From: the human T2T-CHM13v2.0 reference genome, Homo sapiens
Assembly: GCF_009914755.1 (NCBI RefSeq)
Contig: NC_060945.1
DNA: 64,000 bases
Strand: one strand, 5' to 3'
Shown here: piece after piece, positions 41,736 through 55,949 of the stretch
Numbering within the stretch: the first letter of the stretch is position 1
How the letters are laid out: every line of letters starts with the position of its first letter
Notes under the pieces: model-generated
Told to the model about the DNA's origin: nothing
Databases searched by the model: none
Seen by the model: only the letters and a program-made list of their open reading frames with translations
Program-made: the position numbers and the translations under genes

Positions 41736-44649
41736 TGGAGCCGGGCTCTATTGTGGCCACAACCAGCCTCTAGCAATCTGTAGTTGGAGCTGGATGGATC
41801 TTCGGAGGTGTGCCAAATACAGCGAAGGTGTCCACGCCCTCATGGCCTTACATCCACCTTTCTCTGGATGCCAGCAGGCCCTGGGAAGGGAGATGACTTC
41901 CATCAAGGATCAAGATGGCTCTCCTCAGTGGAGGGTTATCACAGGGAGGGAGGTGTGAATGGGAAAACTGGGAGTAAGAGGGAGCATTCAGCATTGAGGA
42001 AGAAGCTCCTCAGTCTAGAAGGAGAATCCCTGGGCTAAACCAGAGCATCTACTATAGAGGGGGAGGCACACTATTTAGAGGTTGAAGAAAGATGCAAAGT
42101 GTGATAAGAACGAAGGAGATGAATGAATTGGAGGTAGGTAATAATGTTACCTTTAGGAAGAAGGAAAAGTGTGGGTTAGAACCTAGGACTATTATTTATG
42201 AGACTGAAAAGAAGTTTGCTCAAATGAGATTTTATACTCAAGTCCTTATTTAATGTTGTGATGTTAATCTAAAATATGATTGTCTATGAACCTTGAATAT
42301 GATCCAATATTGAACCTGAATATGGTCCAATATATGTCAGCAATATAATTTATTATTATTTTTGAAACAAATGCCATTTTACATAAAATCTATTACTTCA
42401 GTGCAACTTTCTGCCTTTAAACCTGTTAAAAATTTCCTATTGTTGTTATCATTATCTATCTTCCTTATGTATGTTTTACTTGTGTATTGCAGGTTCTTAA
42501 TGAAAAATTTTCTTTCCCCTCTGCTCTCCTCTTGGAGGTCATAATGACAATTACATATCCTTCGTGCTCATACATAATACATGAATACTACAGAAGTAGG
42601 TTATTGAAGTATTTCACTTATCTCCTGTATCACCTTTTCATCTGATGTGTACTGAGGAGAAATTTAATATACAGATGTTCTCTTCCACTTTTAAGCACTA
42701 ATTGTAAATTTAGGTTGCATATACATGAAAGAGAGTTTAAAGAAGTTTGTTAATTTGGGGAATAAATAGTGTACTAGACCTATATTCCAGTTCTGGCTAG
42801 ATCTGTATTCCACTCCGTGCTCTGCTGTGAACTTTGTGTAGAACCTTGACCAAGCAGTTTTATATCTCTAGTCTCAGTTATTATTTGTAAAGTTCAGTTT
42901 TGCATTGTGTGATTTGTAATGATATTTTTCTGTGAAATTGAAGCTGGGCTAAGACTCTGTAGGATCCCGCATTCTTTGACTGTTGACTACATCTTACATT
43001 TTCTAATTGTTCACAATAGTTTTTTTCCAGAGACATTTTTCTTTCTTTATGAACTGTCGCTCAACATAGGTAATTTAGTATGCAACTAAATTTCACATTA
43101 AATATTACACTTTCGCTTGGTTTCATAAATTTAAATCTAGTTCAAAACTGTAGTAGGATCACTTACATATACCTCTAAACTCACATGCTATAAAATCTAA
43201 TAGTTTAATTATTTTTCATAATTGTTCAAAAACTCCTAGGAAACTTCCATTGCCACTGAAAGAAAGGAAAATTCAAATTCCCTTTCAGGCCTGTTTCTTT
43301 GTTTCCCATCCTAAGTCCCAAATGGAAGGACAGCTCACAAGGCGAGGGATCCAGACCTATGTGTGAACTGTGTGTCATCAGGACTCCTACCATCTCTCTT
43401 CTCGCTGGCTACGGGCACCAGTGCCTACTGTGGTACAACTGGCTCCTCTGGATATGTTGTGGTTTATGTTTCCTCCCCTGCTGAAGTCTGGGGCTGGTGA
43501 ATATTTTCTGTGGGTTCTACTTTATAGGTACAGACTCTGTTCTTGTCCATGGAGCGATAACTTCTGGCTGCTGTTTCCTTGTGAGGCATAATTGATGGTC
43601 TTCAGGCACTAGCTAGGCATCTCTTCCACAGCTTCTTGGCGTTTGGGATCCAGTGGAATCTTGATGGCTACTTCTACCTGGGATCTTCTGGGGACAAAAT
43701 CCCATTGCTTTGGAGTTCCAACTTATCTTTCTGTTTTTTTTTTAAATACCCATTGCATAAACCTGAACACAAACATATGAACATCTCCTGTATAGTCTCC
43801 TCCCAGCCCCCTCGCCACTCGGAGAAGTGAGTGAGGTCTCTCTCACTCCTCTTTCCATCTGAGGGACTTCTCCTGTGTCAACTCCATCCTCCAGCTTTCC
43901 AAAGTGGGATGCAACTTTCATCTTTCCTGGAGGCATGTTGATTCTCAAAATTAAGGTGCCTTGAGTTATTGAAATCACAACCTTCCCACTCCTAAAGCAT
44001 GTAATCTCAAAAGTGAAATCTGCCTGGCTGCGTCTTGTGTGATGGAGAAGGAAATGTGCCTGGCGGGCCCCTTTAAATCTGATGGGAATGGGGAGGACAT
44101 TAGGGGTTACTGCTCAGACCCACATGCCAGGTGACTCTGTGGGCTGCTAGGCCTAAGTGTGACCTACAGAAACTTCCTCAGCAGGTCCTGCAGGGCAAGC
44201 ATTTGGACCTTTTGAAGCAACAGAATCAATTTTGCTTGAACTTTCTGTAGCTGACTGCATTGCTCTGTGTTTCCTCTAGCAAATCTCAGTATGAGAATTA
44301 CTGTGAGCCCTCTAGGGCAGCATGTTTCAAACTGTGTGTTGTGACCCATTACTGATTATGAAATCCATTTAACAGGTCTGGAGCAACGTTTTAAAAAAAA
44401 TGTGAAAGAGGATAGAATAGGAAGGAAAATATCAGCTTCCATAGCCTGTAGTGAGGGCAACATTTATTGAAACTTGTTTATTTTGTTCAAGATCTTCTAA
44501 GTGTCTTGTACTGGCTTAGAAATTAAAATACATTTCTTACAGAGTCCTCAGGCCATAAATTTCAAACACTACTTCTCTAAGATATATGAGCAAAGTCATG
44601 CCTGCCTGATCAAATAACTTGTTTCCTTTGAAGGAACAGCTCTTTCCCT

Positions 44650-46790
44650 AGTACTTGGATCTGGAAGATGGAGACTGGGTCTGACACTAGAAGACCATAT
44701 TGCTCTTCATGATCTGGGTGTTATCTGACCTCCTAATCAATAAAGTAGGGCCTGACCAGCATCACTTAATCATCACACGAAAATGGCATATATGGTATTA
44801 GACAATAACCAGCCCAGAACACACAAATAATAGAAATAAGTTGTTCTCACTGCCAGTATACATCCTGATGCATAAAGTGTCACCTGCCCCATGACCCACA
44901 ACTAGAGTCACATGTGGAGTTCCATTTGATGTGTTGACTGAGGGGAAAAATAAATGGATTCCAGGAACAAATCATTCCTTTCAGAGTTCTAAAATCAGCT
45001 GTGAGTAGGTGTGCAGTGTTACATCTCCATCAGGTTACTTCTGAAGGACAGTGGACAGAGTTTGCCACTGGGTTGCCCACTTTCCTGGAGGAAGAGATAA
45101 TCTAAATAAATGTTAACATGATTTCCTTGGTTGGTTCGTTGGTCTGGGATTTGAGGAGTAGTGACAATGTTTGGGGAAGAGGTATGTGGGTGAGGCTAGA
45201 GTATGGGGTTATTTGTGAAACTTACTTCTGAAGAGACAGCTTTTAATTAATCATCAGGTGGACAAGATGACCATCTCTGTGACTATCAGTCAGCCGCATC
45301 TTCCAAAATCCAGCATTTGTGCAGTGGTTAAAGTGGCAAAGGCAGTAAAAACACATGAGTTTAACACTTCTTTTTACCAAGGCTTATCTGAACATTGGAG
45401 GCCCTATATGCCATCAGCAGAAACAAAACCTGAGACTCTGTAGGAGATTGTGTTGATTGTCCCACTCAATAGGTGTACCCTAAGAGAAGAGAGATATACA
45501 TGGAAATAAAGACCTGCCCTTTCTTGCTGCCTTTGGATGTTGTTACACCACAGCATGAAGCTCGGGGCTGGGCAGTCATTTTGCCACCTAGAGAGAAGAT
45601 CCAAGAGATTCTTAAAAAAATTGGCTTAGAGTCCCAGACTTCTCAGAGATCCTGAACTTACCAATCCAAAATTACTGTGATGTGAGAAGATAAACCTTCA
45701 TTGTTTAAACCACATCTTATTTGGTGTATTAGCTTTATGTGGCTGCTATAACAAATTACTGCAAACTTGGCAGCTTAAAATAGCACACATTTATTCTCTT
45801 ACTATTCTGGAGATCAGAATTCCAAAATCAGTTTCACTGGGCTGAAATCAAGGTGTCAGCAACGCTGTGCTTCCTCCAGATACTCTAGGGAAAAATCTGT
45901 TTCCTTGTCTTTTCCAGCTTCTAGAGCTGCATTTCTTGCATTCCTTGGCTTGTGGCCCTTTCCCCCATCTTCAAAGCCAGATGTGTGGCACTTTCAATAT
46001 TTTCTCTCCTTCATCACATTGCCTTCTGTGTCTGTAACTTTATCCCCTTTGAAAATTATAGTATGGGATAACCCGAATAATTCAAATAATGCCCCATGTT
46101 AAAATCCTAAACTTAATCACATCTGTAAAATCATATAAATTAGCACTCATAGCTTCTACAGATTAGAACCTGGATATCTTTGGGGGCCATTAGGAAGCCA
46201 ACCGTATTGGATATTCTATCATCACTTGGAGGTAAAAGCTTTCTTACTAATAGTCCCTCCAATACGGAAGTATGCCTGGGGTGTGGGGGACTACCAGCAA
46301 TTTTCCAAGGCTCTAGGTTGATTCCTCTGGACTCCTTCCATCACAAAAGGAAATAATTGATCTTCCCTAACTTATCTCATCCCGGATTTGTATTTTCTTT
46401 TGCTTCCTACCATGCCATATGTACCTTCATCCTTGAATTTATTGCATGTCTAAAAGCTTTCAGCATGTGCAACATTGTGGGAGCTGACACTCACGGGATT
46501 CATTAGTATTATCACGTCCCCTGCAAGTTAGAAGCTTCTGGTCTTCCAGAATAAAGAATAACCTTATTGTCACCTAGTTATAACTCATCTAGGAGACTAT
46601 TTTTGCAGGATATAGTATGAACCAGAAGTCAATATGTGCTGTTGATTCTCCCATTGCGAGAATATATTGATTCTCAAAATAGGGAGTAGAGGTGAGGGTG
46701 TCAATTCTCATATTACGTGAAATGTGAGTTCAATCTCCCAACTCTGGGATGTTTGGGCTTAGAAATTTTAGGGACCAAGGAATAAGTAGA
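44650..46790. mobile_element. Degenerate ERVL-MaLR internal/LTR remnants surrounding an MLT1C
   Basis: MLT1-like motifs at 45500-45720; very old; boundaries uncertain. Confidence 0.45.
45725..46205 (-). mobile_element. MLT1C LTR
   Basis: GGCTGCTATAACAAATTAC...GGGCTGAAATCAAGGTGTCAGC. Confidence 0.82.
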
Positions 46791-48283
46791 CAAAATTTAT
46801 ACTGGCCATCACAGGCTTTTCAGCTGCTGGATAAAAATTCACCAAAGGAGAAAAAAGAAGAGAGAGCGAGAAGAATATTCCTATTAAAGAGAAATGAGAA
46901 ATAAGATTGCAATATTCATCAATATTGCTTTACTTATGGTATAATGTATATTTCTATATATTTTATGCACAACTCCCCCATCCTTGTGGTTAAAATGCAA
47001 GTTAAACTATACATTGAGGAATGCCAAAATCGAACAGCGACAGAACTAGAGAAAGACTGCAGCACCCCAGCGATTCTGCAGATGGTTCGGTTTGGTGAAA
47101 AACAATCACTCTGACACATTTTATTGAAGTTACATTTTGGTTGATAAGTTCAAAGGACAAATTTGCAGCAAAGCCTAAGATATTAAGCTGGGGGATGTTC
47201 AGTGATCGTGGCCCCTTTAATCTGTTTAGGTCTTCATTGGAGAAGATCCTGTCATAGAGTTCTGTCTGACCATAGGAAGGTTCTACCAAGTTGCAAGAAG
47301 CCCTGGTTGGGGCTTACCTAGTGGTTCATCCCTCTGCCAAGTCACATTTAAATAATTACTTCATGTGGAAGCAAACTTGCATTTACTATATCACTTCATG
47401 TGGCTCTAGCATCCAGGTTCCAGGTACAATTTCTAAGTATGCCTCTCAACATCACCCACTCCATTGTCACAAGTTGTATTATAATGACCAGGCACCTCAC
47501 ATGTGTCCTTTTACTTACAACTACATAACTACTGATGTCTCCTGGACAATGAGATCAGCGAGGGATACACTTCTACTTGAAAATATTTCACATGAACTAG
47601 ATTGAGTGGACTTCTGAAAGAATATGTGAAAGCGAATTCTCCTGAGCATATGCTACTGTGAGAACTATTTCATGCTAATGTCATTGAATATAATATTTCT
47701 GCATGTTAGCTTTAGTTCAGGAGTTCCCATCCTTTACTAAACCATGAACAGCTTTGGTTGTCGGCTGAAGCCTGTGGAGTCCTGCTCAGTATATTATTCC
47801 TAAATGTACAAAATAAAAATACATAGAATCACAAAGAACATCGATAATATTGAAATACAATTATCAAAATAATCATGTTTTTAAAAACAGTAATATACGT
47901 GCTTTTTAAGGAATATACAAAATAATAAGCTCTAGCAGTGGGCTGAAATCTGCTTTAATTTCAAGCTAGTTTTGAACATTAATGATAGTCTGTAACAACT
48001 GTAATGTGATATGAAATTGGCAGTAATTTCTTGAAAGCACAGATATTGCTAACACTTCTCTGGCTTGTTACCTATATTTTTAACTGGAAAAAATGCTAAT
48101 CTATAGAGTTAGTGGTTAATGAAAAAACAATTATATTTTTTCCATTCAAGTTCAAATATCTCTGAATTTTATAAACAAATCCCTTGTTTAAGGGACGCTA
48201 CATAAATTCTGAAGACTTTGACAGATATCTATAGGCAGTTCTTCATAAGAAGGGTACCACTATAACAAATATTACATTTTTAA

Positions 48284-48440
48284 GTTGTGGGGTGGGGGGA
48301 GGGGGAGGGATAGCATTAGAAGATATACCTAATGTAAATGACAAGTTAATGGGTGCAGCACACCAACATGGCACATGCATACATATATAACAAACGTGCA
48401 CTTTGTGCACATGTTCCCTAGAACTTAAAGTATAATAAAA
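48284..48440 (+). mobile_element. L1PA 3' end fragment (~155 bp)
   Basis: G-rich 3' UTR tract through CCCTAGAACTTAAAGTATAAT; flanking TACATTTTTA repeat (TSD). Confidence 0.92.
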
Positions 48441-49443
48441 GATACATTTTTACATTTATTTTATGGGTATGTTTCTTACCCACTTCTATACACTGTTTCA
48501 TCAAAATTCTTACTTTTTTGGATTCTCCTAAGATTTTTCTCTTCCTGAAGTTCCTTTCTCAGTTACATATGTCATCAGCAGGGTTCTCAAGTTCCCTCTT
48601 CTTTCCTCCTCATTTCATCATCTCTAGTCTATCTAAGGAAGAGTATTTTTTTCTTTTTCTTCTAACAGTGAAAGAGAAAGTTGATCTACAGATTGTATAT
48701 TCAACTAAAGATTTTGGTCCATAATTCATGTGGCAGTCAAACAGAACCTGGTAAGATGTGAACTTTTACCAGTGATCATTTCTGTGTAATCGCATTGTTC
48801 ATTGGCCGTAACTTCATTTGTAAATCCATTTATTAAATTACATAGTATATTCATTTCAGTCTTCAGCCATTTTTTGGAAAATCTGAAAATACTTTATAAA
48901 TCTAAGGTTTCACAGTGACTCACAGACATTACATTTGTCAGAAATCATATCATATATAAGATATATTTATTATCCCAGTCCTCTACAATTAATGATATGA
49001 AGGAAAAGTAAATGCTTGCATGAAGTCTAAAGAAACGTAGAAGTTCAATCATTATAGAAATCCGTAGAGAGCTAATATGCTGGTAGGTTAAAGAAAGAGT
49101 GAGGTCATATGCAAAAAGTTTATTGGCAGATTTAAGATTTGTACTGTGGTGAAAGAAGAGAGAGCTGAAGCCTGGGAACAGGATGAAGAAAGCTGTTTCC
49201 TGTGATACAGGGTTCAGAGGCACACTAACATGGTAGGTGGAAGAGTGAGAAAGGAGTGCAGGAGATTCATAAGGAGTTAAGCTGGTATTTGTGATTTGTG
49301 CATTAGAAAAATGTTAGATATTGAAAAAAATGAGTAAAATGGAAAATATCAGTATAGAGAATAAATGCAATAATCTAGTTTCTGTGTGATACAATTAAAG
49401 TTTCTACCTTTTCAATGATATAAAAGTTAAGAAAGTGCTTAGA

Positions 49444-49842
<399 letters not shown>

Positions 49843-52783
49843 TTAAATAGCAAACATAAAGTAAAAGAAAAATAAGAATTATTAAGAGTATTCTTGAACC
49901 ATATATGGTAACCATAAAATTATATTACAATGATATGTGCAATAGACAGACTATATTCGTTTAATGTATATATTAAGATAAATAATATTTGATTACTTTT
50001 GATCCTTTAATATAATAGAAAAATAATTTATATTCAAATGAGGATAATATCAAAATTAGATATTGATATGTTTGTTTAACATATTTCATAATCTTTAAGA
50101 CTGGTTTATCTTTAGGGACTCAATTTACACAAATGCCTTTGGATCCATTTAGAATTTTTAGTCATTTGCCAATTTTCCTGTATTTCATTCAAGTTGGCTA
50201 TTCCTCCATCCCAAATTCCTCCCCAGCAACCAAAGTTCTTTGTGGACAAGTACATTCAACTCTTCTTAGAAAGCGTAAACCTTAACCTACAAAGCTGTAT
50301 TTTATGTTCAGAAGCTATACAGTTGATATTATACATCTTAAAATGTATAAAAGTTCATTTCTGTAGCTATTGCATAGTTTCCTTTTAACTGCTTTAGTTC
50401 CATTATTATCAAGCAAATAACAGAAGGAAAAACATGTTGTATTGGAGGGTCTATTAAGATCTATGGTATGTATATACCTGAATTTCATAGCTTCTTCTGC
50501 ATTTCTGTAATTGTAATTGATACAAATTAATTTTAGAAATCTTTTTATATAGAATGGACATATTACAAAAGAATTATTTGTTTAACTGGTACCATAAAAT
50601 TTTTTCATTAGCTTCACTCTGGTTTGCCTGATGCATGATGTGATTGGTTTAAAAACAACTTCAGAAAATGTCTCACCTAATTATGCATTTAGTCAATGGA
50701 CCATGAAAGCTTTAAAGAGACTCATTCTAGTTTACTGAGTAGTTATTTATTCATAATAGAGTTTTATCAGTCTCTTGAGTAAAAAGTTTAGAATTTCCTC
50801 CCACCAAAATGCACTTACATAATTACAATAAAACTATAATCTTGAAAATGCAGTTTAACGTGAAAACCACATAGATATTAGATAGTCAATATCTGAATAC
50901 TGAGAAGAGACAATGTAAAAATAATGGAAAATTTTACTTGTTCTAGGAATAATCCTTTAAATAATCTTGTAAGTAAAAAATTATTTCCAATCATCTTATC
51001 CATTTCTTCTTCCACCATTCTCTTTCATGAAGAAAAAAAGTGTTTTCGAAGCAACAGTATCTGGAGGGATAATATAAATACATTAAAAAATTATTAAAAC
51101 TATAACCACTCTCTTTCTAAACTTCATCCTTAAAGCAAGTGGGAAAGAAGAAAGAGGCCAAATGTTTCCCTAAGCTGTTTAATCATACAAACTGGATTTT
51201 AGTTGACTCTTAAAGGAGTGCCTTTGTTGGATTTACACAGTCATGTTTAAATAGCTAGCTTCCAAGTTCTCAGAGTGAGGGTCAAGTAATATGTTTTTAA
51301 TTTCAGGAGCAGTTTCTCTCGGATTTATCCCAAATCCTCTAATGTTGTATATTTCTTTAAGAAACTCAGTTAAGAGTATTATTCCACTTAAATACTGAGC
51401 CATCTTTTATGTCCATAAAGCTCCTTTTGAATGCAATCAGACCTGTGTGAGGACAGAGGATAAATGGTACATGGAGAAAAAGTGATAATCTGACCCTCAG
51501 CTTTTCCATTAAAAAACATAAAATGCAGCATTTCTGTGCCTTGTGAAAATGATGTTGCTATGGAGACTGCCTTTATGAATCCCAATGAAATTGATATTAG
51601 CAACATTCTTCTGATTTTGACTGCCTATGAGTTAAGACTTCTTCTTGTTCTCCAAACCTTTTTATTCTTTGTTGAATATGCATTTCTAGGGCAGCAGAGC
51701 AAGACATGAAAATCTGTAGGACAGTCATCTTTTTTCATAACAAAGTAGAAAATATGGAGATAAGATACTGACATTTCACGAAAAAGAAGCATTTACTCAC
51801 AGTATGGAGAATATTCATAAAAATAGCTTTTTGTACTTGCTCTGTACATGGAGCAAAGGAGAAAATGCATAAGAAGTTTGAAAGTAATTTTTCTGTGTGT
51901 TTTTACAACTTTTCATGTAGGAATACTCCATATTTTTTAAATGTGTTAATTTCATCTCCATTGATTTATAAGAGATAAAGCATACACTGAATTACATTTT
52001 CTTAGCAACATTTTTCCTTTTCAATTTTACAACAATTACTGATGTTCTGTTATTTCCTTTCATAAACAAACACGAACTTCTCTTTCTAAATGTTACTACA
52101 ATCCTGGTTGCACTATTTAGGAAGATGAGAGCCAAGCTCAAACCTACTCAAACCAAACCAAAATGAAAACCTGTTTATTAAATGGAAAGACACTAATGAC
52201 CAAGCTGAGAATGAGTAAAATATATTTTATTGATTAGGAATTTTTGTATGGTGTGTTACTTTAATTTATGAAGCATAAATTGCTGATACATTGTCCTGTT
52301 TAAAGCTGGTAATTGGATTAATATCAAAATATGACTTCGGCATTTTTTCCCCTGAGCACCCATAGCACTTTGTACATGCTTCTGTGAGTGGTAATAATTT
52401 GCTTCCTTCTCTATGGCCTCCCCAGTCTGTGAGACATTGGAATGCTGAACCTGTGTTGTCCCCATCCTCTGTTCCCAGCAGACATCAGCATAGTCCCTGG
52501 CAAAAGGAAGGCACTCAGTCTCTATTCAGCAGACATCATGACCTGCTAAAGATTTGGTAAATTCTTCCCATTCCTTTTATAAAGAGTCCTTTAAAAATGT
52601 TCATTTCTGGTCTTCAGTTGAATGTATACTTTAAACTCTAAGATTCTTTCCTTATGCACAGACTGAATTTACATTCCATGTGAGACTACATATATAATTT
52701 TCTACAAGATTTCAGAGATTGGATAGGTATTAGGAGAGCATTTCACTGAAGTTTTACTTCTATAAGAAAGTTAAAAGTAGTAT

Positions 52784-53136
<353 letters not shown>

Positions 53137-53339
53137 CTATTCATGCTCTTGGAGATAGGCATGAAAAGATAGATAAATACTGTTCATCTTCAGATAAATT
53201 AAAATGACTTTAGAAAATCTATGAAAAAGTGGAGAGACTGTATATTGTTTTAGAGTGAAGCGTCATTAAACATGACTGTTGATTGCTTAAAATTTCTCTT
53301 TTCTAGGATTTATAAGAGGACTCTGCTTCTCTTCTCTGT

Positions 53340-54290
53340 TTTTTCTTGACCCACTTTTATGTGCTATTTTTTTCACAGCGCATACTTTCTCCAGAGTTCT
53401 GCTCAAACCATTTTCCCTTTGAACTCCTTCTTACTCTGAATTCTCTAAGTACAACATCCATTTTTCTTTGTTTTTTTTTAAAGCTGAGCACGAGCTGATG
53501 ACCTCAAAATCTGCCATCCTGATTTTCCCAGCGCTCCTAAAATTAACTCACCATCTTCTTTGCCCAAATCTTTCTCTATCTCTGCCTCCCTCTTTCATCT
53601 GCAATCCAGGTCTGTGCTTAGGTGATCTTCATCTGCCCAGCCACCCGACATGAAACCTCAGTCGCCTTAGCCTTCTCCCTTAACCTACACATCCTAGTCC
53701 TTACAATTTAACTTACTAAATATTCCTGATATCTCACTGTTACTCACCATCCCTCCTCCTTGACACTCTCATTGTTTTTCACTGGAAGTTGTATAATATA
53801 ATAGCTCCCTAATTGGTATCTCATTTTCCAGGCTTGATCTTTTTGAAATCCATTCACCAACCAGAAAAAACTTTCCAAAATAAATCTGACCTAGAAAAAT
53901 CCATCTAACAGTGCTCGTTTTCTGGCCATATCATATGACGTCCCTATGTCCTGGCCCTTGCCCATCTCAAGAGTTTCATCGCCACAATCTGTGCCTGACA
54001 TTTTACACCTTGCACTTGTTACTCAATTAAAGAATTTATGTTTCTCAAACATAAGTGTAAGCTTGTTCTCTCTGCCTGGTAGGTCCTTCTCAGTTTAAAA
54101 AAATATTGACTCATTCTTATTCATCCTTTGATACTCAACTTGTTGAGTGTTAATCTTCTTTTTAAAATTTTCCATCTATCATTTTGTTGGATTAAGTTTC
54201 TCTGCGCTTGGAAATTCCTATATCTTATCATTAATCATATTATATTACAATTATGTCTATTTGTTTCCTGCCTATTAGACATTGTATTTC
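53340..54290. mobile_element. L2 fragment(s)
   Basis: Degenerate pyrimidine-rich L2-like motifs (AATAGCTCCCTAATTGGT, TTCTCTCTGCCTGG). Confidence 0.55.
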
Positions 54291-54311
54291 TTGATGGCTC
54301 AAACTATTTTT

Positions 54312-54418
54312 CTCCTTCCTTCCTTCATTCCTTCCTTCCTTCCTCCCTCCCTCCCTCCCTCCCTCCCTCCCTCCCTCCCTCTCTCCCTCCCTTCCTCCCT
54401 TCCTTCCTTCCTTCCTTT
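54312..54418. repeat. (TTCC)/(TCCC)n tract
   Basis: Read directly; tail-derived from the adjacent reverse Alu. Confidence 0.95.
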
Positions 54419-54419
54419 C

Positions 54420-54627
54420 ATAGGCTTTCACTCTGTTTCCCAGGCTGGAGTGTAGTGGCTCGATCTCAGCTCACTGAAGCCTTGACCTCCCGGACTACAG
54501 GCATGCACCAACAAACGTGGCTAATTTTTGCATAATTTTGTAGAGATGGGGTTTTGCCATGTTGCCCAGGCTGGTCTTGAACTCCTGGGACTACAGGCAT
54601 GCACCAACAAACCTGGCTAATTTTTGC
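54420..54627 (-). mobile_element. Rearranged partial AluJ-like element
   Basis: Alu fragments with a deletion and a 40-bp internal duplication. Confidence 0.85.
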
Positions 54628-55050
54628 CACAAACTATTTCTTATTCACTTATCATAATGCCTAATATATAGTCAGAGTTAAGTAATGTTATTAAACTAAA
54701 CTGGGATTAAGAGACAGAAGAAATGTTTGGTTAATATTTATTGTTGTAAGTTAGTGTTTTGTGCAAGCCCTATCAAAAAATGCTCTCATCTTTTCAAGCA
54801 TGTAATACTGCTCGCCTCTGTGCTAGATGAAATACATAGAATGTTAAATTTTTATCCTCACCAGAAACCTAGAAGAGGTAGTGACTTTTGCTCTCATTTC
54901 TGAATTAAGAGAAAAAAATTGTCTAATATCACACACCTAATAAAGTAAAGCTTTGAACCACATACAGAGATAATTTTTCCAATACTGCCTTAAATAGGAT
55001 CAGAGGATCTTGTGTTCAAGCTTTAAACTAAGCTGAGCATCTTCCAGGAG

Positions 55051-55118
55051 GTGTGTGTGCATGCGTGTGTGTGTGTGTGCACGCGTGTGTGTGTGTGCAC
55101 ATGCATGTACACATATGC
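55051..55118. repeat. Alternating purine-pyrimidine (TG/CA/CG) tract
   Basis: 68 bp of uninterrupted alternation. Confidence 0.9.
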
Positions 55119-55949
55119 TTGTGGTGATAATAGTGCTTCTTTCTTTGTTTACCTAACAGAGTTTGAAAATAAAAATATATCACCTTTTCTCCAAAGGTCA
55201 GCTTTCTGAAGTATTGCTATAATATGTAGGAAAGTGGTCAATTGGGATCATGCAAAACACCAAGCTAAATTGGCATGTGCTTCTGTGGTCATTTAAATAA
55301 TTTCTACATGACTGCTTATCCTCCCGTGGAAGTTGGCTATAATGACCTTGGATAAATGACCTTTTATGCTTGTTAAAGCCCCAAGCTAAAGATGTGTCTG
55401 GCAGTTTTGGAGCTTAAAAACCTCAGGAAAGAAGAAACTGTGCAAATTATCCTGCTCTTTCCATCTTAAATAAACATTTTAATTTTTTATTATATATGTA
55501 GGAAAATGTATACTGAAAAAGAATATCATTAGTTTATATGCTATGCTTTTAAAAAGCATTTTGAAAAGTAATCATAGTCTTATCTATTGAAGATAATAGA
55601 CTTTTTCTGTAGTGCATTTTTTTAATCAATTTTGTGTTTATAATCTATGCAATTGTGCTTCTGAATATAAAATCACACAGAGATCATTATGGAAGCAAAC
55701 AGAATGCTAATGACATGGAAGTAATTCAGGTCATCTCTTGTTAAAATGTGAGTGGTAGACACTCAACTGAATACCAAATTTTGGTCATGCTCTTAGGTTT
55801 GGGAACTTTGATTTTTAAGACTTCAAAATAAAGTGGAAAAGTAAAACGTATGCATGTACAAATTTTCTCTCTTCCTCAGTCTTAGAGGTAAGTTGCCACC
55901 CAATAAATTTGGTTAGTGGCTGCCCATTTGGTCATGCTGTTCTGAAGCA

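Noticed and set aside
54128-54535. 135-aa ORF with PSLP repeats (similar case at 49631-49915)
   Set aside because: Translation of (TTCC)/(TCCC) microsatellites plus Alu.
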